From NCBI GenBank assembly GCA_035524795.1, contig DATKOF010000007.1, positions 19,732 to 83,731 of the forward strand: a DNA stretch of 64,000 bases, read 5' to 3'. The translations under genes and the position numbers were made by a program. Positions 25,739 through 36,000 of this stretch are shown here, piece after piece. The stretch comes from Burkholderiales bacterium (lineage in GTDB: Bacteria > Pseudomonadota > Gammaproteobacteria > Burkholderiales > SG8-41). Position 1 is the first letter of the stretch; every line of letters starts with the position of its first letter. The notes under the pieces were generated by a model that saw only the letters and a list, made by a program, of their open reading frames with translations, had not been told where the DNA came from and did not search any database.

Positions 25739-26110
25739 CTAGACGATGCTGCACGGGATCACCGCGTCCTCGTCGAAGGAATAGACCGCGCACATCCGGT
25801 GGTATCCATCGGCAACGACGACCCTGCCGCGCCTGCTGTCCCGCACCAGCAGGATCGGCGAGAGCTTCGCGCCGTCGAGGATTTTCTCGCGGTCCTTTTC
25901 GACGTGGAAATTGCTGACGCCCAGCAGCGACAGCCCTGACGCCCTGAAAATGTCCTTCGCCTTGAACTCGATCACGGCGGCGCGCCGGAGCTGCCGCACA
26001 TATTTTGCCGCTGTCCGCGCGTCGTAGATCAGGTTCAGGAAAGATTCGGCCGCCGGATAATCCTGCTCCTCGGATTCATCCAGCCACTTGATTCTGGTCT
26101 TTTTGCCCAT
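25739..26110 (-). CDS. Hypothetical protein with a ParB/sulfiredoxin-like motif
   Basis: 123 aa. PILLVRDSRRGRVVVADGYHRMCAVY resembles the ParB-like nuclease/Srx DGxHR core. No family assignment was possible by eye. Confidence 0.4.
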   Translation of the reverse strand: MGKKTRIKWLDESEEQDYPAAESFLNLIYDARTAAKYVRQLRRAAVIEFKAKDIFRASGLSLLGVSNFHVEKDREKILDGAKLSPILLVRDSRRGRVVVADGYHRMCAVYSFDEDAVIPCSIV

Positions 26111-26152
26111 GTTTCACCTCCGTCCGGAGAACGGCCGGAATCAGGCCGCAAT

Positions 26153-26527
26153 CTATTTGGGAGCGGCCTGCTGCTCCGACTTGTTGTTGACAGTGGCGTC
26201 ATGCACCTTGTAATCGGTCAGCACGCCTTTCGCGTCGAATTGGAAAATCACGCTGTGCGTCGTGGTATCCACGCTGCCCGCCAGCGTGCCGACCAGCGGG
26301 ATGAAGGTCGCGGCATCGGGCTGCGCGACGCGGCTCAGATAAACCAGCGTCTGCTCGCCGTCCGGCGACCTGACCCGGCTCGTTGGCTGTCCGAAGCGGC
26401 CGATCACGTCCTCGATCGTGGACTTGCCCTTGACGACCTCCGACAGCCGGTCGACATCGATGCGGTTGCCGGTGCTGACACAGCCGGCGAGCGCGCATGC
26501 GATGATGAATACGAAACTACGCCGCAT
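26153..26527 (-). CDS. Lipoprotein (BamE/SmpA-OmlA-like)
   Basis: 124 aa with a lipobox ([10 protein letters not shown]) followed by a small beta-rich domain. The start overlaps the lolD stop region. Confidence 0.6.
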   Translation of the reverse strand: MRRSFVFIIACALAGCVSTGNRIDVDRLSEVVKGKSTIEDVIGRFGQPTSRVRSPDGEQTLVYLSRVAQPDAATFIPLVGTLAGSVDTTTHSVIFQFDAKGVLTDYKVHDATVNNKSEQQAAPK

Positions 26528-27215
26528 CCAGCACTCCGTCCCGCAATTTCAATCTGCGTCCGGCCTTCGCCGCGATTTCCTGATCGTGCGTCGCGATCAC
26601 CAGGCTGGTGCCGAGATCGCGGTTCAATCCCAGCATCAGACCGAACACGTCGGCGGCGGTCTGGCGATCGAGATTGCCGGTCGGTTCGTCGGCGAGAATG
26701 CACGCCGGCTTCGTCACCAGCGCGCGCGCCAGCGCGACGCGCTGGCGCTCGCCGCCCGACAGCTCGGACGGCGCGTGATCGAGGCGGTGGCCGAGCCCGA
26801 CCTTGTTCAGCATCTCGACCGCCGACGCTCTCGCCTCTTCGTCGGGCAGGCGGCGGATCAGCAGCGGCATCGCGACGTTTTCGACCGCGTTGAATTCCGG
26901 CAGCAGGTGATGAAATTGATAGACGAAGCCGAGCGCCCGGTTGCGCAGCTCGCCGCGCTCGGTCTCGTTCAGCGACTGCATGTCACGGCCATTGACGAAC
27001 ACCTGCCCGCCGCTCGCGCTGTCGAGGCCGCCGAGCAGGTGCAGCAGCGTGCTCTTGCCCGAGCCCGAGGCGCCGACGATCGCGACGCACTCGCCGCTGC
27101 CGACCGCGAAATCGACGCCGAGCAGCACCGGCACCGCAGTCCTGCCCTGATGATAGGTCTTGCGCAGATCGCGGCAGGCAAGCACCGCTTCCGGTTTTAT
27201 CCCTTCACCCTTCAC
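26517..27215 (-). CDS. lolD: Lipoprotein-releasing ABC transporter ATP-binding protein LolD
   Basis: 232 aa with Walker A (GASGSGKST), the signature [15 protein letters not shown] and Walker B ([11 protein letters not shown]). The GTG start lies inside the heptamer repeat. Confidence 0.9.
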   Translation of the reverse strand: MKGEGIKPEAVLACRDLRKTYHQGRTAVPVLLGVDFAVGSGECVAIVGASGSGKSTLLHLLGGLDSASGGQVFVNGRDMQSLNETERGELRNRALGFVYQFHHLLPEFNAVENVAMPLLIRRLPDEEARASAVEMLNKVGLGHRLDHAPSELSGGERQRVALARALVTKPACILADEPTGNLDRQTAADVFGLMLGLNRDLGTSLVIATHDQEIAAKAGRRLKLRDGVLDAA

Positions 27216-27228
27216 CCTTCACCCTTCA
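27201..27228. repeat. Perfect 4 x 7-bp tandem repeat (CCCTTCA on plus, TGAAGGG on the coding strand) spanning the lolC stop and lolD start
   Basis: Read directly. The copies are at 27201-07, 27208-14, 27215-21 and 27222-28. Confidence 0.9.
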
Positions 27229-28470
27229 CTCATATCGGAGCGCTTCCGCGGGATTGATCTTCGCCGCGCGCCAGCTCGGATAGATCGTCGCCAACACGCA
27301 GACGATGAACGAGAACAGCGCGGTCAGCGCGACGTCGCCGGCGCGCAGCTCGGACGGCAGCTCGCTGATGTAATAGACGTCCTTCGCCAGAAACTTGAAA
27401 CCGAACACATTCTCGATGAACGGCACCACCGTCTCGACGTTCAGCGCGAGCGCGATACCGGCCGCAACGCCGGCGGCGGTGCCGACCACGCCGACCAGCG
27501 TGCCCTGCACCAGGAAGATCTTGGTGATGCTGGCGGGACTGACGCCGAGCGTGCGCAGGATCGCGATGTCGGGCTGCTTGTCCTTGACCGCCATGAACAG
27601 GCTCGACACGATGTTGAACGCGGCGACGACGATGATCAGGAACACGATCAGGAACATCATCCGTTTCTCGATATCGACCGCGCGGAAATAGTTTCCGTAC
27701 TGGCGCGTCCAGTCGGATACCATGTAGTCATAGCCGAGCGAGCGCGACAGTTCGCCGACCACGCGATTCGACTGGAACATGTCGTTGAGCTTGAGGCGCA
27801 CGCCGCTGACCGTGTCGCCCATCCGGTACAGCTTCTGCGCGTCCTGCAGGTCGATCAGCGCGAGGCCGGAATCGAATTCGTAATGGTCGATGCGGAAAAT
27901 GCCGACCACGGTGAAGCGCCGCAGCCGCGGCAGTACTCCGGCCGGCGTGACCTGCCCTTCCGGCGCGATCAGCGTGACCCGGTCGCCGACCATCACGCCG
28001 AGCGCACGCGCCAGTTCGACGCCGAGCACGACGCCGAACTCGCCGGGTTTCAATGCGCCGAGCCCACCCGCCAGCATGTGCTGCGAGATTTCCTCGACCC
28101 TGTCTTCGTATTCGGGCGCAACGCCGCGCACGAACGCACCGCGCACCGCGCTACCGTTCATCAGCAGCGCCTGCTGCGATACATACGGCGCGGCGGCGGC
28201 CACTTCGCCGTTTTTTTCCGCCACCGCGGCGACCGCGCGCCAGTCCCCGACCACGTCATCGGAGCCGGTGATCTGGACGTGCGCGGCGACGTCGAGGATG
28301 CGGGTGCGGATCTCGCGCTGGAAGCCGTTCATCACCGACAGCACGGTGATCAGCACGGTGATGCCGAGCGCGATCGCGACGATCGAGATCAGCGAGATGA
28401 AGGAGATGAAGCGGCTGCGCTGGCGTGAGCGCGTGTAGCGCAGTCCGATGAAAAGCTCGTAGGGTTGCAT
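27226..28470 (-). CDS. lolC: Lipoprotein-releasing ABC transporter permease LolC/LolE
   Basis: 414 aa from the ATG at 28468-28470 (MQPYELFIGLRYTRSRQRSRFISFISLISI..., the canonical LolC/E start). The 196-codon upstream extension in the track ORF is Arg/Ala-rich and unsupported. Confidence 0.9.
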   Translation of the reverse strand: MQPYELFIGLRYTRSRQRSRFISFISLISIVAIALGITVLITVLSVMNGFQREIRTRILDVAAHVQITGSDDVVGDWRAVAAVAEKNGEVAAAAPYVSQQALLMNGSAVRGAFVRGVAPEYEDRVEEISQHMLAGGLGALKPGEFGVVLGVELARALGVMVGDRVTLIAPEGQVTPAGVLPRLRRFTVVGIFRIDHYEFDSGLALIDLQDAQKLYRMGDTVSGVRLKLNDMFQSNRVVGELSRSLGYDYMVSDWTRQYGNYFRAVDIEKRMMFLIVFLIIVVAAFNIVSSLFMAVKDKQPDIAILRTLGVSPASITKIFLVQGTLVGVVGTAAGVAAGIALALNVETVVPFIENVFGFKFLAKDVYYISELPSELRAGDVALTALFSFIVCVLATIYPSWRAAKINPAEALRYE

Positions 28471-28543
28471 CACGATGCACGCAAGTTTGCCATAACCGCG
28501 CGGCAAACGCCGCCGCGGATGATAAACTGCGCGCGATTCCGCG

Positions 28544-29536
28544 ATGCATTGCACCGTCTTCATCTCCGGCCTGCTGCCGCTGCCGCCCGGCCTGCATCCG
28601 CGCGCGACTGCGCTTGAAACCCTGCTCGCGCGCGGCAACACCCGGACTGGCGAGGCGCTTGACCGCGCCGCCTGGCTGTGCCGGACGTTCGGCGTCCCCG
28701 CGCGCAACGACTGGCCGGTCGCGCCGCTGCTGCTGCGCGCCGACGGCGTCGATCCTGAAAACCATTTCTGGCTGCGCGCCGACCCGGTGCATCTGCAGCC
28801 CGGCCTCAATCGTCTGGTGCTGGCCGCCGCGATCGACGATCTCGGCAATGAGGAGGCCGCAGCGCTGGTCAACGCGCTGAACCGGCACTTCGCGCCCGAC
28901 GGCGTCATCTTCGGCATCGCGCCCTCCGGCCGCTGGTATCTGCGCACCGCAGGTGCACCGGACATTGCGACCACGCCGCTGGCGCAGGTCGTCGGCCACG
29001 ACATCGATCCGCATCTGCCGCGCGGCCGCGACGCACTGACCTGGCACCGCATCATCAACGAAGCGCAGATGGTGCTACACGCTCAGCCGGTGAACGCCGC
29101 GCGTGAAGCGCGCGGACTGCCGGCGATCAACAGTATCTGGCCGTGGGGCGGCGGCACGCTGCCGGTGCCGACCGCCTCACCGTACGCAGCGGTATTGAGC
29201 GACGATCCGCTGACACGCGCGCTGGCGGGAAACATCCACCGCGAACTGCCGGCCGACCTTGGCGCGTGGCTGGCGGAATCTCCCGCCGCTACAGCGCTGC
29301 TGGTATTCAGCGCGCTGGAACGCGCCGGCAGCGACCTCAATGCGTGGCAGGCCGCGGTGATGCAGACCGACCGCGACGGGCTCGCGCCGCTGCTTGCGGC
29401 GCTGTACAGAAAGCAGATCACCGGCCTCCGGCTCGTCACCCCCGGCTCCGACCACTCGATCGAATCCGAAGCGCTGCCCGCGCACCGCTGGCGCTGGTGG
29501 CGACGCCAACGCCGCCTTGCCGACCTGCTGGCATGA
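28544..29536 (+). CDS. Conserved hypothetical protein, translationally coupled to recJ
   Basis: 330 aa with coding-like composition. Its stop overlaps the recJ start (ATGA at 29533-29536). No family was recognised with confidence. Confidence 0.6.
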   Translation: MHCTVFISGLLPLPPGLHPRATALETLLARGNTRTGEALDRAAWLCRTFGVPARNDWPVAPLLLRADGVDPENHFWLRADPVHLQPGLNRLVLAAAIDDLGNEEAAALVNALNRHFAPDGVIFGIAPSGRWYLRTAGAPDIATTPLAQVVGHDIDPHLPRGRDALTWHRIINEAQMVLHAQPVNAAREARGLPAINSIWPWGGGTLPVPTASPYAAVLSDDPLTRALAGNIHRELPADLGAWLAESPAATALLVFSALERAGSDLNAWQAAVMQTDRDGLAPLLAALYRKQITGLRLVTPGSDHSIESEALPAHRWRWWRRQRRLADLLA

Positions 29537-31230
29537 CGCTCAACATCAAGGTCCGCGTGCCGCCCGCCGCCGCCGTCGCCGCGCTGACCGATGGCGGCGT
29601 TGATCCGCTGCTTGCGCGCATATACGCCGCGCGCGGCATCGTCTCGCCGCAACAGCTGGCAACCGGCACCGGCGGCCTGCTGCCGCCGGAGCGCATGCAC
29701 AACCTCGAACGGATGGCGGCGCTGCTCGCCGACGCGATCGCAGCCGGAAAAAAACTGCTGATCGTCGCCGATTACGACGCCGACGGCGCGACCGCATGTG
29801 CGGTCGGCATCCGCGCACTGCGCGCGTTCGGCGCGCGCGTCGATTATCTGGTGCCGAACCGCTTCGAGTACGGTTACGGTCTGACGCCGGAGATTGTCGA
29901 GCTCGCGCACCGCGAAAAGAATCCTGATCTGCTGATCACGGTGGACAACGGCATCGCCAGCGTCGACGGTGTCGCCACCGCCAACCGGCTCGGCATGCGC
30001 GTGCTGGTCACCGACCATCATCTGCCCGGCGCGCAGCTGCCGGATGCGCTGTGCATCATCAACCCGAATCAGGCCGGTTGCGGCTTTCCGAGCAAAAATC
30101 TGGCCGGCGTCGGCGTGATGTTCTACCTGATGCTTGCACTGCGCGCGGAACTGAGAAAACGCGGCGCGTTCGACGGGAAAACGGGACCCAATCTGAGCGC
30201 ACTGCTAGACCTGGTTGCGCTCGGCACCGTCGCCGATGTCGTCAAACTCGACGACAACAACCGGATCCTCGTGCAGCAGGGCCTGCAGCGGATGCGCGCC
30301 GGCAGGACCTGGCCCGGCATCGCGGCGCTGATGAAAGTCGCGGGCCGCGATCCGGCGAAAACTTCGACCTACGATCTCGGCTTCGTACTCGGTCCGCGGC
30401 TTAACGCCGCCGGCCGCCTCGAAGACATGGCGCTCGGCATCGAGTGCCTGATCACCGACGACGTGGCGACCGCCGAGCGCTGCGCGAGCGAGCTCGACCG
30501 CATCAATCGCGAACGGCGTTTGATCGAGAACGACATGCATGCCGACGCGCTGGCGGTTCTCGGACAGTTGCCGCAGACCGACAGCTACAGCCTGAGCCTG
30601 TTCGACGCCGGCTGGCATCCGGGAGTGATCGGCATCCTCGCTTCGCGCATCCGCGAGCGGCTGCACCGGCCGGTGATCGCGTTCGCGCCGGGCAGCAACG
30701 GCGAGATCAAGGGTTCCGGCCGCTCGATTCCGGCGCTGCACCTGCGCGACGCGCTCGACCTCGTCGCCAAGCGCGATCCCGGTCTGCTGCTCAAATTCGG
30801 CGGTCACGCGGCGGCGGCCGGACTGACGCTGCGTGCCGGCGACTTCGAACGCTTCCGCGACGCGTTCGAGGCGGCCGCGTGCGAACTGCTGTCGCCGGCC
30901 GACCTCGAGCGCGTGATCGAAACCGACGGCGCACTCGCGCCGGAACTGATGACGCTGGAAAACGCGGCACTGCTCGAACGGGTGGTATGGGGCCAGGGTT
31001 TTCCGCCGCCGACGTTTGACGGCGAGTTCGTCGTCGTCCGCCAGCGCGTGGTCGGCGAGCGTCATATGAAGCTGCGCGTCGCGTGCGGCGGCCGCGAATT
31101 CGACGCGATGCTGTTTGCGCGCGCGGAACCGCTGCCGCCGCGCGTGCGCACGGTCTATCGCCTCGCCAGCAACGAGTACAATGGACAGCGCAGCGTGCAA
31201 TTGACGATCGAACAATGGGAAGCACTTTGA
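29533..31230 (+). CDS. recJ: Single-stranded-DNA-specific exonuclease RecJ
   Basis: 565 aa from the ATG at 29533. DHH motifs are present (IVADYDADGATA, LITVDNG, VTDHH) along with DHHA1 (GGHAAAAG). Confidence 0.92.
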   Translation: MTLNIKVRVPPAAAVAALTDGGVDPLLARIYAARGIVSPQQLATGTGGLLPPERMHNLERMAALLADAIAAGKKLLIVADYDADGATACAVGIRALRAFGARVDYLVPNRFEYGYGLTPEIVELAHREKNPDLLITVDNGIASVDGVATANRLGMRVLVTDHHLPGAQLPDALCIINPNQAGCGFPSKNLAGVGVMFYLMLALRAELRKRGAFDGKTGPNLSALLDLVALGTVADVVKLDDNNRILVQQGLQRMRAGRTWPGIAALMKVAGRDPAKTSTYDLGFVLGPRLNAAGRLEDMALGIECLITDDVATAERCASELDRINRERRLIENDMHADALAVLGQLPQTDSYSLSLFDAGWHPGVIGILASRIRERLHRPVIAFAPGSNGEIKGSGRSIPALHLRDALDLVAKRDPGLLLKFGGHAAAAGLTLRAGDFERFRDAFEAAACELLSPADLERVIETDGALAPELMTLENAALLERVVWGQGFPPPTFDGEFVVVRQRVVGERHMKLRVACGGREFDAMLFARAEPLPPRVRTVYRLASNEYNGQRSVQLTIEQWEAL

Positions 31231-32495
31231 ACTTCGGCGAACTGTTCGACAATGCAGGACTCGACCTGCTGCCGGCGTTCGCGACCAGCCTTGCGATCGG
31301 CCTGCTGATCGGGCTCGAGCGCGAACGCCATCCGAACGCGAAGGCCGGCCTGCGCACGATCGCATTGACCTCGCTGTTCGGCACGCTGACTGCGCTGCTC
31401 GGCGCGGCCACCGCCACGCCGTGGCTGCCGGCCGCCGGCCTGCTCGCAGTCGGCGCGATGATCGTTGCCGTCTACTTCGGCGAACCGGACGGCACCGCCC
31501 AGGGCGATCCCGGCACCACCACGGTGATCGCAGTGCTGCTCGCCTACGGCCTCGGCATGCTGGTCTATCTGGAACACGGCAACCTCGCAATCGCGCTCGC
31601 GATCATCATCACCGCGCTGCTCTACTTCAAGCCGGAACTGCGCGGCATTCTGCAGCACTTCAGCCGCCACGACCTGCTTGCGGTGCTGCAGTTCGCGGCG
31701 CTGACTTTCGTCGTGCTGCCGGTGCTGCCCGACCGCGGCTACGGGCCGTACGGCGCGCTCAATCCGCACCGGATCTGGCTGATGGTGGTGCTGATCTCCG
31801 GGCTGAGCCTGACCGGCTACATCGCGCTGAAGCTGGCGGGCGGCCGGCGCAGCGCGATCATGCTCGGCATTTCCGGCGGCCTGGTGTCGACCACCGCGAT
31901 TACTCTGCTGTTCTCGCGCCTCGGCCGCGACAGGAGCGCGGTGCCGCTGGCGGCGCGCGTGATCATCATCGCCAACCTCGCGCTGCTGGTGCGGCTCGCT
32001 GTGCTGACCGCGGTCGCCGGACGCGACCTGCTGCCGCATCTGCTGCCGGTGCTGGGTCTCGCGCTGTTCGCCGGCGTGGCCGCGGTCGCGCTGCGGCCGC
32101 GCCTGACGCTGCATCACGACCTGCCACCACCGCGCACCGCCAATCCGATGGAGCTGCGCACCGCGCTCGGTTTCGGCCTGCTGTTCGGCGTCGTGCTGTT
32201 CGTCTCCGCCTGGCTGACCGATGTCGCCGGCAACCGCGGCCTCTATATCGGAGCGCTGATCGCCGGTCTGCCCGACGTCGACGCGATCACGCTCTCCGTG
32301 CTGCGGCTGCACGAGGTCGGCAGCGTGCCGCCGGCGACTGCGGTCACTGCGATCGTGCTTGCGCTGCTGGCCAATCAGACGACCAAGCTGCTGCTGGTGG
32401 CAGCACTCGGCGGCGCGCGGCTGTTCCGTTCCTGCGCGCTGCCGCTGGCGGCGACGGGCATCACCGCGGTCGCCGCCAGCGCGCTGCTCGCCTGA
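31215..32495 (+). CDS. MgtC/SapB-family membrane protein with a DUF4010 domain
   Basis: 426 aa, polytopic. The N-terminus LAIGLLIGLERERHPNAKAGLRTIAL is a typical MgtC-family motif. The gene overlaps the recJ 3' end by 16 nt. Confidence 0.7.
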   Translation: MGSTLNFGELFDNAGLDLLPAFATSLAIGLLIGLERERHPNAKAGLRTIALTSLFGTLTALLGAATATPWLPAAGLLAVGAMIVAVYFGEPDGTAQGDPGTTTVIAVLLAYGLGMLVYLEHGNLAIALAIIITALLYFKPELRGILQHFSRHDLLAVLQFAALTFVVLPVLPDRGYGPYGALNPHRIWLMVVLISGLSLTGYIALKLAGGRRSAIMLGISGGLVSTTAITLLFSRLGRDRSAVPLAARVIIIANLALLVRLAVLTAVAGRDLLPHLLPVLGLALFAGVAAVALRPRLTLHHDLPPPRTANPMELRTALGFGLLFGVVLFVSAWLTDVAGNRGLYIGALIAGLPDVDAITLSVLRLHEVGSVPPATAVTAIVLALLANQTTKLLLVAALGGARLFRSCALPLAATGITAVAASALLA

Positions 32496-32537
32496 CGCGC
32501 GTCCTGTATAATCGGCGCTTTTCCGGAAACGATCTCG

Positions 32538-33642
32538 ATGGAAGCCGAACAGCTCAACGCCATCGCGCGGCGCCTGCACGATCTCGATCAGCGCAACGCC
32601 GAATTGCGGAGGTATCTTTGACTTCGAAGCCAGTCAGCAACGCCTCGCTGAAATCATCAGGCTGAGCGAAGACCCGGCGGTGTGGAGCGACGCCAGGCGC
32701 GCACAGGAACTCGGCCGCGAACGCAAGACGCTCGAAGCGCTGGTGCTGAAGATGGAGCGCCTCGACCGCGACCTGCATGACACCGCCGAGTTGCTCGAAA
32801 TGGCGCGCGCCGACAACGACGACGCGGCGCTTGCAGCAATCGCCGCCGACAGCGTCACGCTCGAAAAGACCGTCGCCGAGATCGAGTTCCGGCGCATGTT
32901 CGCCAACCCGCTCGATCCGAACAACTGCTTCGTCGACATCCAGGCCGGCTCCGGCGGCACCGAGGCGCAGGACTGGGCGCAGATACTGGAACGGATGTAT
33001 CTGCGTTACTGCGAACGCAAGGGTTTCAAGGTCGAGGTGCTCGAGGAATCGCCGGGTGAAGTCGCCGGCATCAAGAGTGTTTCGCTGAAGGTCAACGGCG
33101 ATTATGCCTATGGCCTGTTGCGCACTGAAAGCGGCGTGCACAGACTGGTGCGCAAATCCCCGTTCGATTCGAACAACCGCCGCCATACCTCGTTCGCCAG
33201 CGTGTTCGTCTATCCCGAAATCGACGAAACGATCGAGGTCGAGATCAACCCGGCCGATCTGCGCATCGACACTTTCCGCGCGTCGGGCGCCGGCGGTCAG
33301 CACGTCAACAAGACCGATTCGGCGGTGCGCATCACGCACAATCCCACCGGCATCGTCGTGCAGTGTCAGAACGACCGTTCGCAGCATCGCAACCGCGCCG
33401 AGGCGATGGCAATGCTGAAGGCGCGTCTCTACGAACTCGAGCTGCGCAAACGCAACGAGGAAAAAATGGCGATGGAGGAAAGCAAGACCGACATCGGCTG
33501 GGGCCATCAGATCCGCTCCTACGTGCTCGACCAGTCGCGGATCAAGGATCTGCGCACCGGCGTCGAAATCGGCAACACCCAGGCAGTGCTCGATGGCGAC
33601 CTCGACGATTTCATCGAGGCCAGCCTGAAACAGGGCGTCTGA
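32538..33642 (+). CDS. prfB: Peptide chain release factor 2 (programmed +1 frameshift at 32616-32622)
   Basis: Frame 0 reads [27 protein letters not shown], then TGA at 32619. The site GGAGG-TAT-CTT-TGA-C matches the classical RF2 recoding signal. The +1 frame continues [12 protein letters not shown]... to 33642 and contains GGQ ([11 protein letters not shown]). Confidence 0.95.
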
Positions 33643-33644
33643 CG

Positions 33645-35150
33645 ATGAGCGACGAACCGATTCCGCCGCCGGACGAGAACGAGAACCATGTGATCGCCGA
33701 GCGCCGCGCCAAGCTGCAGGCGCTGCACGAACAGGGCAACGCCTACCCCAACGATTTCAGTCGCAACGATCTGGCCGCGGCGCTGCACGAAACATACGGC
33801 GGCCGCGACCACGACTGGTTCGAAGCGAATCCGGTCGCGGTCACCGTCGCCGGCCGCATCATGCTGAAGCGCGTGATGGGCAAGGCCAGCTTCGCGACAA
33901 TCCGCGACATGAGCGGCGACCTCCAGCTTTATCTGAACGACGGCGACACCGGCGCGGAGCAGCACGCGGCGTTCAAGCATTACGACATCGGCGACATCAT
34001 CGGCGCCGCGGGCACGCTGTTCAAGACGAAAAAAGGCGAGTTGACGGTGCGCGTCAAACGTGTGCGCCTGCTTGCCAAGTCGTTGCGGCCGCTGCCGGAG
34101 AAATTCCACGGCCTGACCGATCAGGAACAGCGCTACCGCCAGCGCTATCTCGACCTGATCGCGAACGCCGATTCACGGCAGGTATTCATGCTGCGCTCGC
34201 GGATCATCCAGGCGATCCGCAATTTCCTGCTCGCGCAGGGCTACCTCGAAGTCGAGACGCCGATGATGCATCCGATTCCCGGCGGCGCGGCGGCGCGGCC
34301 GTTCGTGACCCATCACAACGCGCTCGATATGGACCTCTATCTGCGGATCGCACCCGAGCTCTACCTGAAGCGGCTGGTCGCCGGCGGTTTCGAGCAGGTG
34401 TTCGAGATCAACCGCAGTTTCCGCAACGAGGGCATCTCGACCCGCCATAATCCCGAATTCACGATGCTCGAGTTCTACGCCGCCTACCGCGACTATGAAT
34501 ACCTGATGACGTTCATCGAGCAGCTGCTGCGCGACACCGTGCAGACCGCGCTTGGCGGCACACAGATCGCCTACCAGGGGCGCACCATCGATTTCGGCAA
34601 GCCATTTGCACGGCTGCGCATCACCGAGGCATTGCGGAAATATCACCCGGAATTCAGCGACGCGATGCTGAACGACCGCGCCGCACTGACCGAGAAACTG
34701 AAAACCCTCGGCATCCCGTTCCGCGCTCAGGACGGTATCGGCGGACTGCAACTGACGCTGTTCGAGAACACGGTCGAGTCCGAACTGTTCGAGCCGACCT
34801 ACATCTACCATTACCCGGCCGAGGTGTCGCCGCTGGCGCGCCGCAGCGACCGCGACCCGGAATTCACCGACCGCTTCGAGCTCTATATCGCCGGACGCGA
34901 GATCGCCAACGGTTTTTCGGAACTGAACGACCCCGAGGACCAGGCCACGCGCTTCGCCGAGCAGGCGAAACAGAAGGAAGCCGGCAACCCGGAGGCGATG
35001 CACTACGACGCCGACTACATCCGCGCGCTCGAATACGGATTGCCGCCGACCGCCGGCACCGGCATCGGCATCGACCGGCTGGTGATGCTGCTGACCGACC
35101 GCGCGTCGATCCGCGACGTGATTCTGTTTCCTCTGCTGCGGCCGGAATAG
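33645..35150 (+). CDS. lysS: Lysine--tRNA ligase (class II)
   Basis: 501 aa from the ATG at 33645 ([24 protein letters not shown]...). Class II motifs are present (FRNEGIS..., [20 protein letters not shown]). It follows prfB as in E. coli. Confidence 0.95.
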   Translation: MSDEPIPPPDENENHVIAERRAKLQALHEQGNAYPNDFSRNDLAAALHETYGGRDHDWFEANPVAVTVAGRIMLKRVMGKASFATIRDMSGDLQLYLNDGDTGAEQHAAFKHYDIGDIIGAAGTLFKTKKGELTVRVKRVRLLAKSLRPLPEKFHGLTDQEQRYRQRYLDLIANADSRQVFMLRSRIIQAIRNFLLAQGYLEVETPMMHPIPGGAAARPFVTHHNALDMDLYLRIAPELYLKRLVAGGFEQVFEINRSFRNEGISTRHNPEFTMLEFYAAYRDYEYLMTFIEQLLRDTVQTALGGTQIAYQGRTIDFGKPFARLRITEALRKYHPEFSDAMLNDRAALTEKLKTLGIPFRAQDGIGGLQLTLFENTVESELFEPTYIYHYPAEVSPLARRSDRDPEFTDRFELYIAGREIANGFSELNDPEDQATRFAEQAKQKEAGNPEAMHYDADYIRALEYGLPPTAGTGIGIDRLVMLLTDRASIRDVILFPLLRPE

Positions 35151-35214
35151 CCGCAGGTCATCCTGAAGGCACCGGCACCGCCTCCGCCAGCGTCATCGAT
35201 TCCGAGCATTTCAG

Positions 35215-35874
35215 CTAAAGCAGGCCGATCGCCCTCGACACCAGAAGCGCCACGATGACGAGCGAAATCAGCGCCTGAATCATCGTCAATATTTTCGCCC
35301 ATCGCGAGAGCACCGGCGTGTCGGTCGGCGAAAAAGCGGTGCTCGTATTGAAAGCGATGAACAGGTAATCGATGAACTGCGGCGCCCATCGTGTCCTGGA
35401 CGACAGGTCGCCCCTGTACTGGGTCATTTGAGGGAATAGAAATGATCCTTCGGCATGCACATCACGGCGATCGCGCCGATGCGGGCCCCCGGCATCCAAT
35501 CGCCAGTACCAAAGCGAAAAAACGACAACATTGGTAATCCAGAGCAGTCCGGCGGAACGCAGAAGTTCGGTAGCGGATTCCTTGTGTTGCGGCAGCGCTT
35601 TTATCAGCAGGAACAGAGAAAATATGAGGGCGATCGTAATGATGCCGTTTACGATATACCCCAGAACCCGATTCAGCCGGTCACGGCCGATGTAATGGGA
35701 GATCAGCAGCGGCACCAGCAGGGCACTGACGGCAACCAGCACCAGCCAGCCCGGCCCCATGACCAGATATTCGGGCAACGCAGTATAGATGCCGCCCACC
35801 GCCAGCAGCGCGACGATGGCCGGCCAGCGCGGTTCATGAAAAACAGCCGCTCCCGACGACGGTGTCTTCATCAT
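35215..35874 (-). CDS. DUF1345-like integral membrane protein
   Basis: 219 aa with 4-5 TM segments. The FLFPQM...FIDYLFIAFNTSTAFSPTD motif resembles DUF1345. Confidence 0.55.
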   Translation of the reverse strand: MMKTPSSGAAVFHEPRWPAIVALLAVGGIYTALPEYLVMGPGWLVLVAVSALLVPLLISHYIGRDRLNRVLGYIVNGIITIALIFSLFLLIKALPQHKESATELLRSAGLLWITNVVVFSLWYWRLDAGGPHRRDRRDVHAEGSFLFPQMTQYRGDLSSRTRWAPQFIDYLFIAFNTSTAFSPTDTPVLSRWAKILTMIQALISLVIVALLVSRAIGLL

Positions 35875-36000
35875 TGAAGCAGATGCATCATTCGCTGAGA
35901 GCTTCTCCCGCTGATTTCAATCAACGCGGCACGATGGTCATGGTGGACACGGAAATCCGGCGGCGCGATGCACGCGGGCGCACCAACCGCGCTGCGCCGC

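Noticed and set aside
28471-29058. The N-terminal 196-codon extension of the lolC track ORF (27226..29058). Similar extensions occur on recJ (29143), the MgtC-like gene (31083), lysS (33363), rplT, rpmI and rluD.
   Set aside because: The canonical family N-termini start at internal ATGs, for example MQPYELFIGLRYT for LolC and MSDEPIPPP for LysS. The extensions overlap neighbouring genes and have GC-artefact composition.
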